From Methyloligellaceae bacterium (GTDB lineage: Bacteria; Pseudomonadota; Alphaproteobacteria; Rhizobiales; CBDHHC01): a stretch of DNA of 64,000 nt. The notes under the pieces are model-generated. The model saw nothing but the letters and a program-made list of their open reading frames with translations. It was not told the DNA's origin and ran no database searches. The DNA is taken from positions 6,415 through 70,414 of the forward strand of contig JBOEGA010000010.1 in NCBI GenBank assembly GCA_050633205.1. The letters run 5' to 3'. A program made the translations under genes and the position numbers. Of this stretch, positions 49,404-59,598 are shown piece after piece. How positions within the stretch are numbered: position 1 is the first letter of the stretch; the number at the start of each line of letters is the position of its first letter.

Positions 49404-50612
49404 ATGAACAAACCCAGTAAGTTACAAGCAGCGCCCAAGCATCCTGGAATTATTGCTTTACTCATTTTTTCTGTTCTAGCCACTTTGGCTATTATGGTGC
49501 TTTCAGAATATAAATATCTTCCTGAAGCGCCGGATAAAATTACGTATGACTGGCGTACAGCTTTTTTTTCAGATGCTGTTAAAAAGCAGCGTAAAGATAT
49601 TGCAGTAATTCTGGTTACTGATGATTCTATTGCCCAATACTGGTCCAGGTCTCCCATTGACCGCGCTATGCTGGCTGAACTCGTTAAGGCAGTTGATGCT
49701 GCCGAACCTGCCGCCATAGGTCTGGATTTTATATTTGACCGCCCTGCCGAACCTCATAAGCAGGAAGCGATGCTAAATGCGATGAAGAATGCCAAAGCAC
49801 CCATTATCATTGGTGCACTTGAAAGACCTGAAGGTGACCGACGCATTAAGGGAATGCGTGAGAAGAACTTTGACTGGCAGGATAATTTTATTAAAGAAAC
49901 TGGCAAGCAGGCTGGTCACATTCGCTTCAAGAACGAGCAAAAACGCTTTTCTGTTGATGATCAGGTTATCAGATTTCTCGGAGCAAAATCTAACGGGCAA
50001 TCTTCCTACCCAAGCTTTGCTGAGTTACTTGCGAAAGTTAAAAACCCCAATGCCAAGTCCGAATCTCCATATATTGCCTGGCTTATGGAGCTGGAAAAAG
50101 GTGGACAGACAGTGTTTCCAAGGATCTATGTTTCCGAGCACAAGCCTGTCGATGGGACCGGGAATGGAGATACATTGCTGCCTGAGCATATAAAAGGATT
50201 ACTGAAAGACAAAATAGTTCTGATTGGGGCAGATCTTGTTAATCTGGATCAGCACCTGACACCTTTTTCTGTTTTAAGAAAAGAGAAAATCCCTGGCGTT
50301 CTTATTCATGCGCAAATTGTTGCCCAGCTTATAGACGGCCGTGAGGTATTCGAACTGAATAAAATATTCGAAATTATTGCTGTGCTACTTATCGTAGTAT
50401 TTGGTTTTTACCTAGCATTCCGCTTTAATCTCAAAAGATATGACTTTATTATGGGCGCTGTTGGTATTACAGTCCTCATAGCTTTGGGAGTTGTGACTTT
50501 TCATTTGGGTAAAACGATTATCCCTTCAACAACTTTTTCCCTTGCATGGATTCTGGGAGTCTGGGGCGGGCACCTGTACCGTTCATACTATAAAACCCCG
50601 GAAAGAAGCTAA
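49404..50612 (+). CDS. CHASE2-domain membrane protein with no recognisable output domain
   Basis: N-terminal TM, then a periplasmic region with VILVTDDSI...AIGLDFIFD...IVLIGAD...PGVLIHAQIVAQLI (CHASE2 pattern), then three C-terminal TM helices, ending at 402 aa. Confidence 0.7.
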   Translation: MNKPSKLQAAPKHPGIIALLIFSVLATLAIMVLSEYKYLPEAPDKITYDWRTAFFSDAVKKQRKDIAVILVTDDSIAQYWSRSPIDRAMLAELVKAVDAAEPAAIGLDFIFDRPAEPHKQEAMLNAMKNAKAPIIIGALERPEGDRRIKGMREKNFDWQDNFIKETGKQAGHIRFKNEQKRFSVDDQVIRFLGAKSNGQSSYPSFAELLAKVKNPNAKSESPYIAWLMELEKGGQTVFPRIYVSEHKPVDGTGNGDTLLPEHIKGLLKDKIVLIGADLVNLDQHLTPFSVLRKEKIPGVLIHAQIVAQLIDGREVFELNKIFEIIAVLLIVVFGFYLAFRFNLKRYDFIMGAVGITVLIALGVVTFHLGKTIIPSTTFSLAWILGVWGGHLYRSYYKTPERS

Positions 50613-50637
50613 ATGATCTGTTTTGAAGGAAAATATT

Positions 50638-51000
50638 ATGAAAAAATGGAAATTATTCCAGGTTGCGCTTATAGGGCTTGTAGCGACCTATATCATTTTT
50701 CAATCATCTCATGTCCACGCAGATCTGGTTATAACCGGGGCTTCTGATCCAAAATACAAAGTAGGAGAAAAGCTGCCAGATAACACCAAACTGGAGATAC
50801 CGGCAGATATTACGGTAAGTATTCTAAAGATTCCCGAGCAGGAAACCTATGTTGTCAGAGGACCACATACCGGTACCCTTGAGGAGTATATCAAAAAGAA
50901 AACCTGCCCGTGGATAGAGCGCCTGTTTGGGGTTTGCGGCCGGGAAGACAGGAGTGAACCTCCTACGGGTGGTGTAAGAGCTATACGGCCAAAAGACTGA
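50638..51000 (+). CDS. small secreted protein (about 120 aa), unknown function
   Basis: ATG at 50638 (AAGGAA upstream). Signal peptide MKKWKLFQVALIGLVATYIIFQSSHVHA/D. It lies 25 nt after the CHASE2 gene. Confidence 0.55.
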   Translation: MKKWKLFQVALIGLVATYIIFQSSHVHADLVITGASDPKYKVGEKLPDNTKLEIPADITVSILKIPEQETYVVRGPHTGTLEEYIKKKTCPWIERLFGVCGREDRSEPPTGGVRAIRPKD

Positions 51001-51020
51001 GCCTTTTTAGAATTTAAAAT

Positions 51021-51057
51021 AAACCCGCTGATCTCTTTTGCATCAGCGGGTTTATTT
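51021..51057. terminator. bidirectional rho-independent terminator
   Basis: AAACCCGCTGAT (51021-51032) pairs with ATCAGCGGGTTT (51042-51053). An A-run and a T-run flank it, and it lies between convergent genes. Confidence 0.85.
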
Positions 51058-51666
51058 TTATTTTTTTGAACGCTTTAGTGTGCAGTGTGGGCGTTCACAA
51101 ACCCGATCCAGGTAAGCTGTGATATTTGGATAATCATCACCTAATACACCCTGCTTTTCAGCCCAATTGAGTGTATAGGCAGCAATAATATCTGTTACTG
51201 AGAATTTTCCCGCAACAAAATAGTCATTTTCTTCCAGATGGGCATTTACCACTTTGAGAGATTTTTTTGCTTCAAATGTATTCTGAGCTTCAATTTCCAG
51301 TACCTGGTATCCCTCTTTGTAGCGGGCTTTGTTTCTAAAGGTGCTCCAGAGATGAGCTTCAATCTCTGTCAGCATAAAAGATACCCATTGATCATGAAGG
51401 GCTCTTTCCCAGGTTCCAGACGGGAATGACAAACCTTTGTCAGCGTTGCTATCTGCCAGCCAGTTACATATTGCAGCGGACTCGAACAATGGTCTTCCAT
51501 CGTCCATAATGGCCGGTATTTTACCTAATGGGCTTACGTTCCTGAACTCTTCAGACTGGAAGGCTTCGGGACCGGTTAACCCTTCAAAAGCGATATCCAG
51601 TTCAGTCAGCACCCAGCGCACACGAGCTGAACGAGAGGTTGAGAATTCATAAAGTTTTACAGCCAC
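51058..51666 (-). CDS. glutathione S-transferase
   Basis: 202 aa. N-terminal thioredoxin-like SPLGKIPAIMDDGRPLFESAAI motif, with a helical C-domain. Confidence 0.8.
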   Translation of the reverse strand: MAVKLYEFSTSRSARVRWVLTELDIAFEGLTGPEAFQSEEFRNVSPLGKIPAIMDDGRPLFESAAICNWLADSNADKGLSFPSGTWERALHDQWVSFMLTEIEAHLWSTFRNKARYKEGYQVLEIEAQNTFEAKKSLKVVNAHLEENDYFVAGKFSVTDIIAAYTLNWAEKQGVLGDDYPNITAYLDRVCERPHCTLKRSKK

Positions 51667-51980
51667 GATTTTTTTCCTTTTTTTGCCAATTCCATTACCT
51701 GTTCAGTAGTACGGAAATTATAGAATATATACAATATAGCCAAGCCTATATATCGCACCCTGATAAATGATGTTTTGGCCCCAGATATTCCAAAAATCAG
51801 TCTAAATGCAGGATGAAGCATTCAATATCGAACGTTTTTCCCAAAATCCATTTCATGTACCATCTGCAATTGCATTCTTCACGAGACACTATCATATTTA
51901 TCCTGTTCCTGCTAAGTTGCGGACAATTTTCTCCTTTATCCCGATGTTCATGTTTCTTCTAACGGTGTTATGGGTGCCCA

Positions 51981-53816
51981 ATGCTGTATCTTCGTTCGTT
52001 ACTTTGTTATGTTTTGTCTTTTTCTGTCGTTTTTACCTCTGTTCCAATAAGTTATGGACAATCAACGACACCCCGCCCTGTTAGTTGCAATGTTACATCT
52101 GAAGCGGATTTTCGTTTTGGACTGGAATCCATATTAAAAGACGTTATCGGCAGTTCTTTAAAGGATGTTGACTACAAAGGCATTGTTGACAAATCCTGGG
52201 AGAAGAACCAGGTCAACAAGCTGATCAGCACGCTCGTAAAGAGAAAGGCCAGACAACTCAGACGAGATAAGACAATTTACCAACTTATCAGTACTCTGGG
52301 CTCTTCAGAAGCAAGAACGAATTTTGCGCAAGAATTTGCTGAAGGAGTTTTTGGTTCCGAGAAGTTCAAGGAAGTTATTGGAATTATCGCCAATGATGTC
52401 GGTCTTGCCATCAGTTCGAAGCTTGATGCTATTACGACGAAGGCGGAAGGTCCGGTAGCAAGCTGCATCCGTAAATTTATTGGCCCCAGATATGGTGATA
52501 CCATTGCCATTCTTGTTTCGCGCCAGACCCAAAATAAAGTTGGTATAGATTCAACAAAAACGCGTTCTAATGCAGGTGTCACTGATATACTTGCCCAATC
52601 TTCGGGTGGTCTTACCGGAGCACTTATGATTGTTCTGAGGCGCGCTATTGTTGACAGGCTATCTATATGGCTTGGACGCAGGCTGGTCGGGACTATTGTA
52701 ACACGTGCTGTTGGAGCCGTTGTTGGTATTGTTGGCTGGGTGCTTATAGCGAAAGAGCTCTGGGATCTCAGGCTTGGAATTCTTCCTATCCTCAGGAAAG
52801 AACTGAAGTCGGATAAAACAAAGGCCGAAGTGAAGGCTGAGCTGATAAAGGGACTGGATGAAGAACTGAGCAAGGCACTGGATAGTGTTCCAACTGAAGT
52901 TGCTGCCAGTATTTTTGCTATCTGGATTAATTTCAAAAAGCAGAATGAAAAGGTTCTTGAGCTTGCCAGAAAATATCCAAAATTTCAAAATCTTCTGAAG
53001 GAACTGCATAGTAGTGATGAAAAGCGTGCACTTGCGTTACTTCGCAAGACCAACAGCCTTGTCAATCTTACGATTGAAAAAGGTGGAGAAGAAAATTTCC
53101 TGAAAGCGCTGAATGACGGGTCTCTCCAGCGAGCCATACTGGAGTTGTCGGAGACAGGTGTGCAGATTGCTGTTGATACCAAATCGATAGAACTGGCATT
53201 TGAGTGGACGAAGGCTGCAAGAGACAGACTGCAGGATATATACCGAATAGGGCTTCATAAGTATTCCAAGCCTGATGAATATGATGAGAAGAAAATCGGG
53301 AAGCTGCTTTCACTTCGGAATGAGCAACAGATGAAAAGAATCGCAGCACTTGAATCCAAAAAGAGAGATGCGCTTTTCAAGTTGCCTCAGGATCATCTGC
53401 AGGATTTTCTGGAGAATCTCAACCAGTACCAGTTATCGGCGTTAAGTTTCTATATTGAGGAACTTAAGCCAGATGTTTCACAAAGCTTTATCCGTGGAAT
53501 ACTTATTGAACCTGAGAAAATGAAGCTTTTTTCAAAAGGGTATGTCCAGACAGGCATCCTGAACAGTGGGGATCAGAGCGCAGCAATCCGTTATATGCTC
53601 AGGCCAAACTCAACCTTAAACCTGTTCCAGCTTCCGGAAGATATTCGCCTGGCTACAAACGGAGAAGTGCACCCTTTACTATTATGGAGTAAAGAGCCGG
53701 TCACGCTAACACTTGCGGCGTTTATTACTCTTTTTGTTTTCATGACTATCTGGCGACTAATTTTTGGAAGACGTCCAAAAATTATAATTGAGCAAAAGGT
53801 CGTTGATAAAAAATAG
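51981..53816 (+). CDS. large hypothetical exported/membrane-anchored protein (611 aa)
   Basis: N-terminal signal-like MLYLRSLLCYVLSFSVVFTSVPISYG, a central Gly/Val-rich hydrophobic block (GLTGALMIVL...VGAVVGIVGWVLIA), a long helical Lys/Glu-rich region, and a C-terminal TM (VTLTLAAFITLFVFMTIWRLIFG). No family recognised. Confidence 0.6.
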   Translation: MLYLRSLLCYVLSFSVVFTSVPISYGQSTTPRPVSCNVTSEADFRFGLESILKDVIGSSLKDVDYKGIVDKSWEKNQVNKLISTLVKRKARQLRRDKTIYQLISTLGSSEARTNFAQEFAEGVFGSEKFKEVIGIIANDVGLAISSKLDAITTKAEGPVASCIRKFIGPRYGDTIAILVSRQTQNKVGIDSTKTRSNAGVTDILAQSSGGLTGALMIVLRRAIVDRLSIWLGRRLVGTIVTRAVGAVVGIVGWVLIAKELWDLRLGILPILRKELKSDKTKAEVKAELIKGLDEELSKALDSVPTEVAASIFAIWINFKKQNEKVLELARKYPKFQNLLKELHSSDEKRALALLRKTNSLVNLTIEKGGEENFLKALNDGSLQRAILELSETGVQIAVDTKSIELAFEWTKAARDRLQDIYRIGLHKYSKPDEYDEKKIGKLLSLRNEQQMKRIAALESKKRDALFKLPQDHLQDFLENLNQYQLSALSFYIEELKPDVSQSFIRGILIEPEKMKLFSKGYVQTGILNSGDQSAAIRYMLRPNSTLNLFQLPEDIRLATNGEVHPLLLWSKEPVTLTLAAFITLFVFMTIWRLIFGRRPKIIIEQKVVDKK

Positions 53817-53843
53817 TATGTCAGAGTTATTAAGGAGGCAAAA

Positions 53844-54155
53844 ATGACTTTGCACACGATTGAGCGTTTTTCAAACAAGACAATTATTGAAGGGGAACTT
53901 GTAACTGTTACTGCAGTTGAAGCGGCTAATATTGTCAAGGATATCCGTGAACGCATTACCAATACGTTTGGCGGGCAGATGAAACGTTATGAAGGTCTGA
54001 TAGAAAAAGCTGTTGAGCGGGCAATGGCGCGGCTTGATGAAAAGGCTAAAGAAAAAGGTTATGATGGCGTAATAGGAGTTCGCTTTTCCCATCCCAGCCT
54101 TGTAGATGGCGGAGTTGAGGTTATCGCATATGGAACCGGCTTTAATTACAGCTAA
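53844..54155 (+). CDS. YbjQ-family (UPF0145) protein
   Basis: 103 aa. [18 protein letters not shown]...[10 protein letters not shown]...VEVIAYGT matches the YbjQ pattern. Confidence 0.75.
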   Translation: MTLHTIERFSNKTIIEGELVTVTAVEAANIVKDIRERITNTFGGQMKRYEGLIEKAVERAMARLDEKAKEKGYDGVIGVRFSHPSLVDGGVEVIAYGTGFNYS

Positions 54156-54291
54156 TATCAAGCCTTAAGCGCAGTAAAGACTATAGACTAATGCAGTAAA
54201 TTCACAAATATACTTGCATGATATGAATATAAGTGGCACTCATAGCACTTACTTTAGAACATTTAATAAACAAAGAAAGTTCAGGAACACG

Positions 54292-54741
54292 ATGCGCTTA
54301 ACCCGTCAGACCAGCTATACAGTACGAATTTTGATGTATTGCGCTGCAAATTCTGAAGAGTTCAGCAAAGTGTCAGCAATTTCAAGCGTATATAATATCC
54401 CTGAGCCATATCTTTTCAAAATTCTGAAGCCGCTGGTTAATGCAGGTTATGTAGAGACTGTGCGTGGGCGGAATGGCGGTATTCGTCTGGCAAGACCAAA
54501 ATCAGAGATTATTCTTGGGGATGTAATCAAACTCTCAGAAGAAAATTTCATACTTGCAGAATGCTTTGAATCCGGAGAAACGGATTGCCCACTGGTTTCT
54601 GATTGCAAGCTGAACAGAGCGTTAAATAACGCTCTGGATGCTTTTTTTGAAGTTCTGAACAGCTATACGATAGAAGATCTTTCGGCTGGCAACAGTAATA
54701 TCAATATGCTTTTTGACCTGAGTATGCCCCAGGCCAACTAG
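54292..54741 (+). CDS. Rrf2-family transcriptional regulator with three Cys (possible Fe-S ligands)
   Basis: Start moved to MRLTRQTSYTVRILMYCA (canonical Rrf2 N-terminus). Winged helix ...YVETVRGRNGGIRLA. Cys pattern C-x7-C-x5-C (AECFESGETDCPLVSDC). Confidence 0.82.
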   Translation: MRLTRQTSYTVRILMYCAANSEEFSKVSAISSVYNIPEPYLFKILKPLVNAGYVETVRGRNGGIRLARPKSEIILGDVIKLSEENFILAECFESGETDCPLVSDCKLNRALNNALDAFFEVLNSYTIEDLSAGNSNINMLFDLSMPQAN

Positions 54742-55784
54742 CGGGTTTCTATGTTACCGTCTCTCGACAACATTATTGCAACCCATTGCCAGGATGGTAC
54801 ATGAGCTGCAACAATCATCATCATTACAGTTATGGGAATAGATAGCACCATACCTGCTGCCCCCCATATCGTTCCCCAGAAAGTCAAAGACAGTATGATG
54901 ACAAATGCACTTAAGTTCAAAGAATTACCCATAAACATGGGTTCAATAACATTACCTATTGTAAACTGAATTGCAGTGAGTCCCAGGGCGATAATCAGAA
55001 ATGGTGTATAGGTATCAAACTGTATCAGTGCTATCACAGCCGGGAAAATAACGCCAAGAATTGAGCCTATTGTCGGGATATAATTCAGAAGGAAGATAAC
55101 AAGAGCCCATGTTTCCGCGAAATCTACATTAAGGTATTTCAGTATGATATAACTGGATGTTCCAGTAATGATGCTCATTATGGTTTTGATCCAGATATAT
55201 TTCCTTACATTCTCTGACAGGGATTTCAGTATCGCCCTTACCCTAGATGACCTCTCCTCTTCAGGGAACAGTCTTACTATCTTTTTGGATACATTGCGGC
55301 CTTCCGCAAGCAGGAAACCAACATAAAGCACAACCAGAACTGCGTTGGTCAATGTTGCCTGTGCGCCCCCGAGGAAACCGGAGATGCTATTAGAATATTG
55401 CAACCCAGCTACGCCGTTTTTTATGCGCTCTGTCATTTCCGGCCCCAGCCAATTACCAATATGACCTATTATTTCTTTCAGTCGTTCTGTATATTTTGGT
55501 GCTGCTGCTACCACAGCATCTCCCTGGCTCATTAAAATGCGAGAGATCAGGAAAAATCCAAACGCTACTAATCCAATGGCAATAATCATCGCGAAAATGC
55601 GAGGTATATACAGGGAGCCAGTCAGACGTGCTATCACAGCCTCCAAGAGGTTCCATAATAATATAGCAATTGCCAGTGGCAGCAAAAAGGAACTTCCCCA
55701 GATAAGGCCGATCATTACAACCCCAGCGGCCATAATGCCCAAAGCTATATTATTTGACGATTTTTGTTCCAGGGTTTCTGACAT
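54738..55784 (-). CDS. AI-2E family transporter (PerM/UPF0118)
   Basis: 348 aa polytopic protein. The LNYIPTIGSILGVIFP and IEPMFMGNSLNLSAFVIILSLTFWGTIWG segments are typical of the family. Confidence 0.8.
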   Translation of the reverse strand: MSETLEQKSSNNIALGIMAAGVVMIGLIWGSSFLLPLAIAILLWNLLEAVIARLTGSLYIPRIFAMIIAIGLVAFGFFLISRILMSQGDAVVAAAPKYTERLKEIIGHIGNWLGPEMTERIKNGVAGLQYSNSISGFLGGAQATLTNAVLVVLYVGFLLAEGRNVSKKIVRLFPEEERSSRVRAILKSLSENVRKYIWIKTIMSIITGTSSYIILKYLNVDFAETWALVIFLLNYIPTIGSILGVIFPAVIALIQFDTYTPFLIIALGLTAIQFTIGNVIEPMFMGNSLNLSAFVIILSLTFWGTIWGAAGMVLSIPITVMMMIVAAHVPSWQWVAIMLSRDGNIETR

Positions 55785-56291
55785 TGCTTTATCTTTTCTA
55801 CAAAATAATTTTTGGTGAATTTATGATAACCCATTATGGCTGAAGAATGTATAGCGTTCATGTCGATTTAATACTCAAAACAGGAAAGATCCTGCCTCTT
55901 TTCAACTTCAGGTACTATTCCAAGGATTATTTTAAAATCTTCAGGAATGCCAAAGTGTCAACTATGCGATTGCTCATACGTTTCCCTGTTGCCAACACTA
56001 TCCGAGATGTATGGTATTGAAAACAAATAAATAAGCCTATTTGAAGAAAAGATATTCTCTCCCTAATGAATATATAGGCAGCGATACTGCGTGCAGGTAA
56101 TTACCACATGATGAGAGACGCGAAGAAGTTTAAAACCATTATGCCAACGCCTGATACTCTTATTAGGGAGCTTATGGCAGGCGCTATTCCCGTACTCGCT
56201 CACTGCATATGCTTTCATAGTCGATGTACAAACAGCTGAACTTTTGCTGGCAGGGCTTCTTTCCTGCAGGCTTTTTCTTTTTATACCTGCT

Positions 56292-58442
56292 TTATGCAGC
56301 AGCAACTTTTTCCAGAAATTCATTGATCAGTTTCTGAAGACCTTTTGCCTGGGTTGATACGTTATTGGATGAGCCAAGAACAGTATCTGCAGCCTCTACT
56401 GTTTTGTTTACGGATTCCTTGACAATACCCAGCTTATCTACGGTATCTTTTGTCTGGCCCGCTGCCTGAAGAATACTGCTGGAGATTTCTGTAGTCGCTT
56501 CCCCCTGCTGCTCTATACCCTCCGCAATTGAAGATGTATAATTATTCACCTCAGACATTACATCTGCAATTTCATTTATTGCTTTGGCTGCTTCTTCTGT
56601 TTCTGTCTGAATATTGGTTATCTGTTCGCTGATTTCCGATGTTGCTTTTGCTGTCTGCTCGGCCAGACTTTTAACTTCTGTTGCCACAACTGCAAAGCCT
56701 TTTCCTGCTTCGCCAGCTCTTGCTGCTTCAATCGTAGCATTCAGTGCCAGCAGGTTGGTTTGCTCAGCAATATCCTGGATCAGATTGATGACATCACCAA
56801 TTTTCTGTGCAGCATTGGTTAGGGAAATAACCTTGGTATCAGTTGTCTGTGTCTTTTCTGTTGCCTGCTTTACCACTGACATTGTTTGCGACAGGCGCCC
56901 GGATATTTCGGTGATGGATGCAGACAGCTCTTCAGCAGCACTTGCTACAGTTGCAACGTTCGAGGATGCATTACTACTGGAGTCAACAGCACTTTCGGCA
57001 GTAGCATTTGTGCTATTCGCTGTCTGTGTCATATCCCGTGCAGTAGCCTGCATTGCTGCTGTATCGGAATCAACGGTTGTCAAGGCTACCTCAACTTCAT
57101 TTCTGAACTCATAGATAAAGCCTTCCAGATCCTTTTGCCGCTGTTGTATTGTTTCTTTTTCCCTTATGCTCTCTATTTCGAGGCGTTGTCTGTCTATGGC
57201 ATTCTCCCTGAAAACAGACACTGCATTTGACATATCTCCAATTTCATCCTTACGCCATTGTCCGTAAATATCAAAAGAGGTATCGCCACCTGCAAGGCTT
57301 TTCATCTGCTGCACCAGACGAAGAATAGGCTTTGTTACCGATCTGGATACAAGGATGCTGCATATGCCTATAAATAACAGAAGAACTAATGTGATAACGG
57401 CCTGAGTCAGCATCATTCTGTAGACGGGTGCATATATTTCGTCGACACTCAGAGCTGCAATCAGAGCCCAGTTTGCTGTTTCGAATTTAAGCGGTACCCC
57501 AAAGAAGCTCATATTTAAATTTCGATAGGTAGAGGTTATTGTATTGTGAGCTTTTCCTTCAAAAACAGTACGAACAGTATCGTTATCCAGCTTTGACTTC
57601 AGAATATCATTTTCTTTAGAGAATTTGGAATCGTTGCGGAAAAGCTTGTCCTGCCCAATAATGATCATTTCTCCAGCTTTTCCCAATCCCGCTGACGAGT
57701 GCATTATTTCGTTTATGGCATCGATGGGCATCTGGAATACCAGCACTCCTACTTTCGTACCGTTTTCAAAAATGGATGTTGAAAGAAAGCTGGCGGGAGC
57801 ATTGTTTGACGGGGCATAGGGCTTGAAATCGTAGAAGCTTATCTTAAAGGGGGCCGACTGCTGCATGCCTGCCCTGAATACATTACCCAGATCTGAATCT
57901 TTCCATTGTCCTGTATTCAGATTTGTAGCGAAGTCCAGTTCCTTAAAGACGGAATAAACGAGATTGCCTTTGGTATCGAACAAAAAGATATCGTAATAGC
58001 CACGTTCCTTAAGGAATTTACGAAAATACGGGTGGTATTTTGCGTGAAGCTCGTCATAGCCGGCTACAGTGCTGGCAGCATCCAGTTTTTCCTTCTGTCC
58101 AACAGGGTGCGGGTTATTATTTATGTAGGCATCCTGAAGTATTTTTGTCTGGTTTGAGCCCAAGTTTGCCCAAGAGGCCGTGAATTCCTTTATAGATTCA
58201 ATGGTGGCGGGGCTAACAGACAGTGAACGGATATCCTGTTCGAGTGACAGGAGGTAGTTTTTCAGCTCATGCTTACGGGACTTTAATAAAGCATTTACCT
58301 TGCTTTCAATTAAGCTTTCAGAATTATTGTAGGCACTATAGATCGACGCTCCACCGAGTGAAACTGCGAGAAGAAAGCAGAGCGAGACCATTAATACCGG
58401 TAATTTTACACCTAACCGGCTATTGCCCAGAAATTGTTTCAT
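56292..58442 (-). CDS. methyl-accepting chemotaxis protein with a large (double-Cache-like) periplasmic sensor
   Basis: TM, a periplasmic domain of about 300 aa, TM, HAMP, and the signalling hairpin [37 protein letters not shown]. Confidence 0.92.
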   Translation of the reverse strand: MKQFLGNSRLGVKLPVLMVSLCFLLAVSLGGASIYSAYNNSESLIESKVNALLKSRKHELKNYLLSLEQDIRSLSVSPATIESIKEFTASWANLGSNQTKILQDAYINNNPHPVGQKEKLDAASTVAGYDELHAKYHPYFRKFLKERGYYDIFLFDTKGNLVYSVFKELDFATNLNTGQWKDSDLGNVFRAGMQQSAPFKISFYDFKPYAPSNNAPASFLSTSIFENGTKVGVLVFQMPIDAINEIMHSSAGLGKAGEMIIIGQDKLFRNDSKFSKENDILKSKLDNDTVRTVFEGKAHNTITSTYRNLNMSFFGVPLKFETANWALIAALSVDEIYAPVYRMMLTQAVITLVLLLFIGICSILVSRSVTKPILRLVQQMKSLAGGDTSFDIYGQWRKDEIGDMSNAVSVFRENAIDRQRLEIESIREKETIQQRQKDLEGFIYEFRNEVEVALTTVDSDTAAMQATARDMTQTANSTNATAESAVDSSSNASSNVATVASAAEELSASITEISGRLSQTMSVVKQATEKTQTTDTKVISLTNAAQKIGDVINLIQDIAEQTNLLALNATIEAARAGEAGKGFAVVATEVKSLAEQTAKATSEISEQITNIQTETEEAAKAINEIADVMSEVNNYTSSIAEGIEQQGEATTEISSSILQAAGQTKDTVDKLGIVKESVNKTVEAADTVLGSSNNVSTQAKGLQKLINEFLEKVAAA

Positions 58443-58625
58443 AAAATTATGCCCCTGAAATAGACCTGTTTATAGCTATTACACAGTTATAGAGATGATC
58501 TGGAAATATTATGTTAAGCAACAGTACTATTTTGAGAGTTTAATTCTATATTATAAGGCTTTACCTGGCTCCCGGATTTTAATTACGAGCCAGGTGTCTG
58601 CTTATAATCTTTTATGGTGGAGTGG

Positions 58626-59321
58626 CTATACTTCGAGCCATTCCTTGCGGACAGCTTCATTCTCTCTGAATTCGTCAGGAGTGCCTTCAAAGACTACTTT
58701 TCCGTGGCCCATGACATATACCCGCTGGGATATTTTCAGCGCGATTGTCAGTTTTTGCTCTACCAGAAGGATTGAAACGCCACGTTTTGATATTTCATCA
58801 AGCAGGCTGGCAACCTGTTTTACAATTTTCGGGGCGAGGCCTTCTGTTGGTTCATCGACCATAATCAGTTCCGGATCTCCCATTAATGTCCGGCACATTG
58901 TTAACATCTGCTGCTCACCACCGCTTAATGCTGATCCGGGAATATCGGCACGTTCCTTCAGGAGCGGGAACATTTCGAAGATATCGTCCATTGACCAGCG
59001 GCCAGGGTTTTTCAGGTCCTTGATGCCCAGTGTCAGGTTATCCCGGACACTCAGGGTCGCGAATATATCTCTGTTTTCGAGGACAATGCCGAGACCTCTG
59101 CGGGCTATCTTATAGGATGGCATTGAAATGAGTTCTTCACCCTTGAATTTGACGGAGCCGGTGCGTTCTACATTGCCCATGATTGCATTTACGGTGGTTG
59201 TCCGACCTACCCCATTCCGCCCCAATATGCTGACGATCTCTCCCTTTTTTACTGTAAGATTTACGCCCTGAAGAATATGACTTTTTCCGTAATAGGCATG
59301 TAGATTACTGACTTCAAGCAT
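58626..59321 (-). CDS. ABC transporter ATP-binding protein, LivF-like (branched-chain amino acid/urea type)
   Basis: 231 aa. Walker A GRNGVGRTTT, signature LSGGEQQML, Walker B LIMVDEPT. The N-terminal MLEVSNLHAYYGKSHILQGV is typical of LivF. GGGAGAG SD upstream. Confidence 0.85.
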   Translation of the reverse strand: MLEVSNLHAYYGKSHILQGVNLTVKKGEIVSILGRNGVGRTTTVNAIMGNVERTGSVKFKGEELISMPSYKIARRGLGIVLENRDIFATLSVRDNLTLGIKDLKNPGRWSMDDIFEMFPLLKERADIPGSALSGGEQQMLTMCRTLMGDPELIMVDEPTEGLAPKIVKQVASLLDEISKRGVSILLVEQKLTIALKISQRVYVMGHGKVVFEGTPDEFRENEAVRKEWLEV

Positions 59322-59598
59322 TCGTCTCTCCCTTGCCGGATATGTGTCCGGTTTTTCTTCGATTTTCAGACCGCTGCCGAGTAGACGTTTTCAGGCCCAG
59401 CTTTGCCTCAAAAAGAAAAAGAGCTGCGCCAGAAGTATATATTTTAGCATAATGTTTCAGGACAAAAGGCCGCATGTCTAGGGCGACTAAGGTTGAATGA
59501 AGAAGCCTTCAGGCTGTAAAAACAAAGCACTTCTTGCCTGAGTAAAGTTATCAGTTTAGCGTTTATTTATTCAGGTCAGGCGGCAATGAGGTGCAGAA

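Noticed and set aside
56108-56239. 43-aa Cys-rich ORF (MMRDAKKFKTIMPTPDTLIRELMAGAIPVLAHCICFHSRCTNS) followed by a weak hairpin and T-run
   Set aside because: It is very short, with a poor SD and no recognisable family. The overlapping 86-aa minus-strand ORF (56063..56323) is equally unsupported. The evidence is insufficient.
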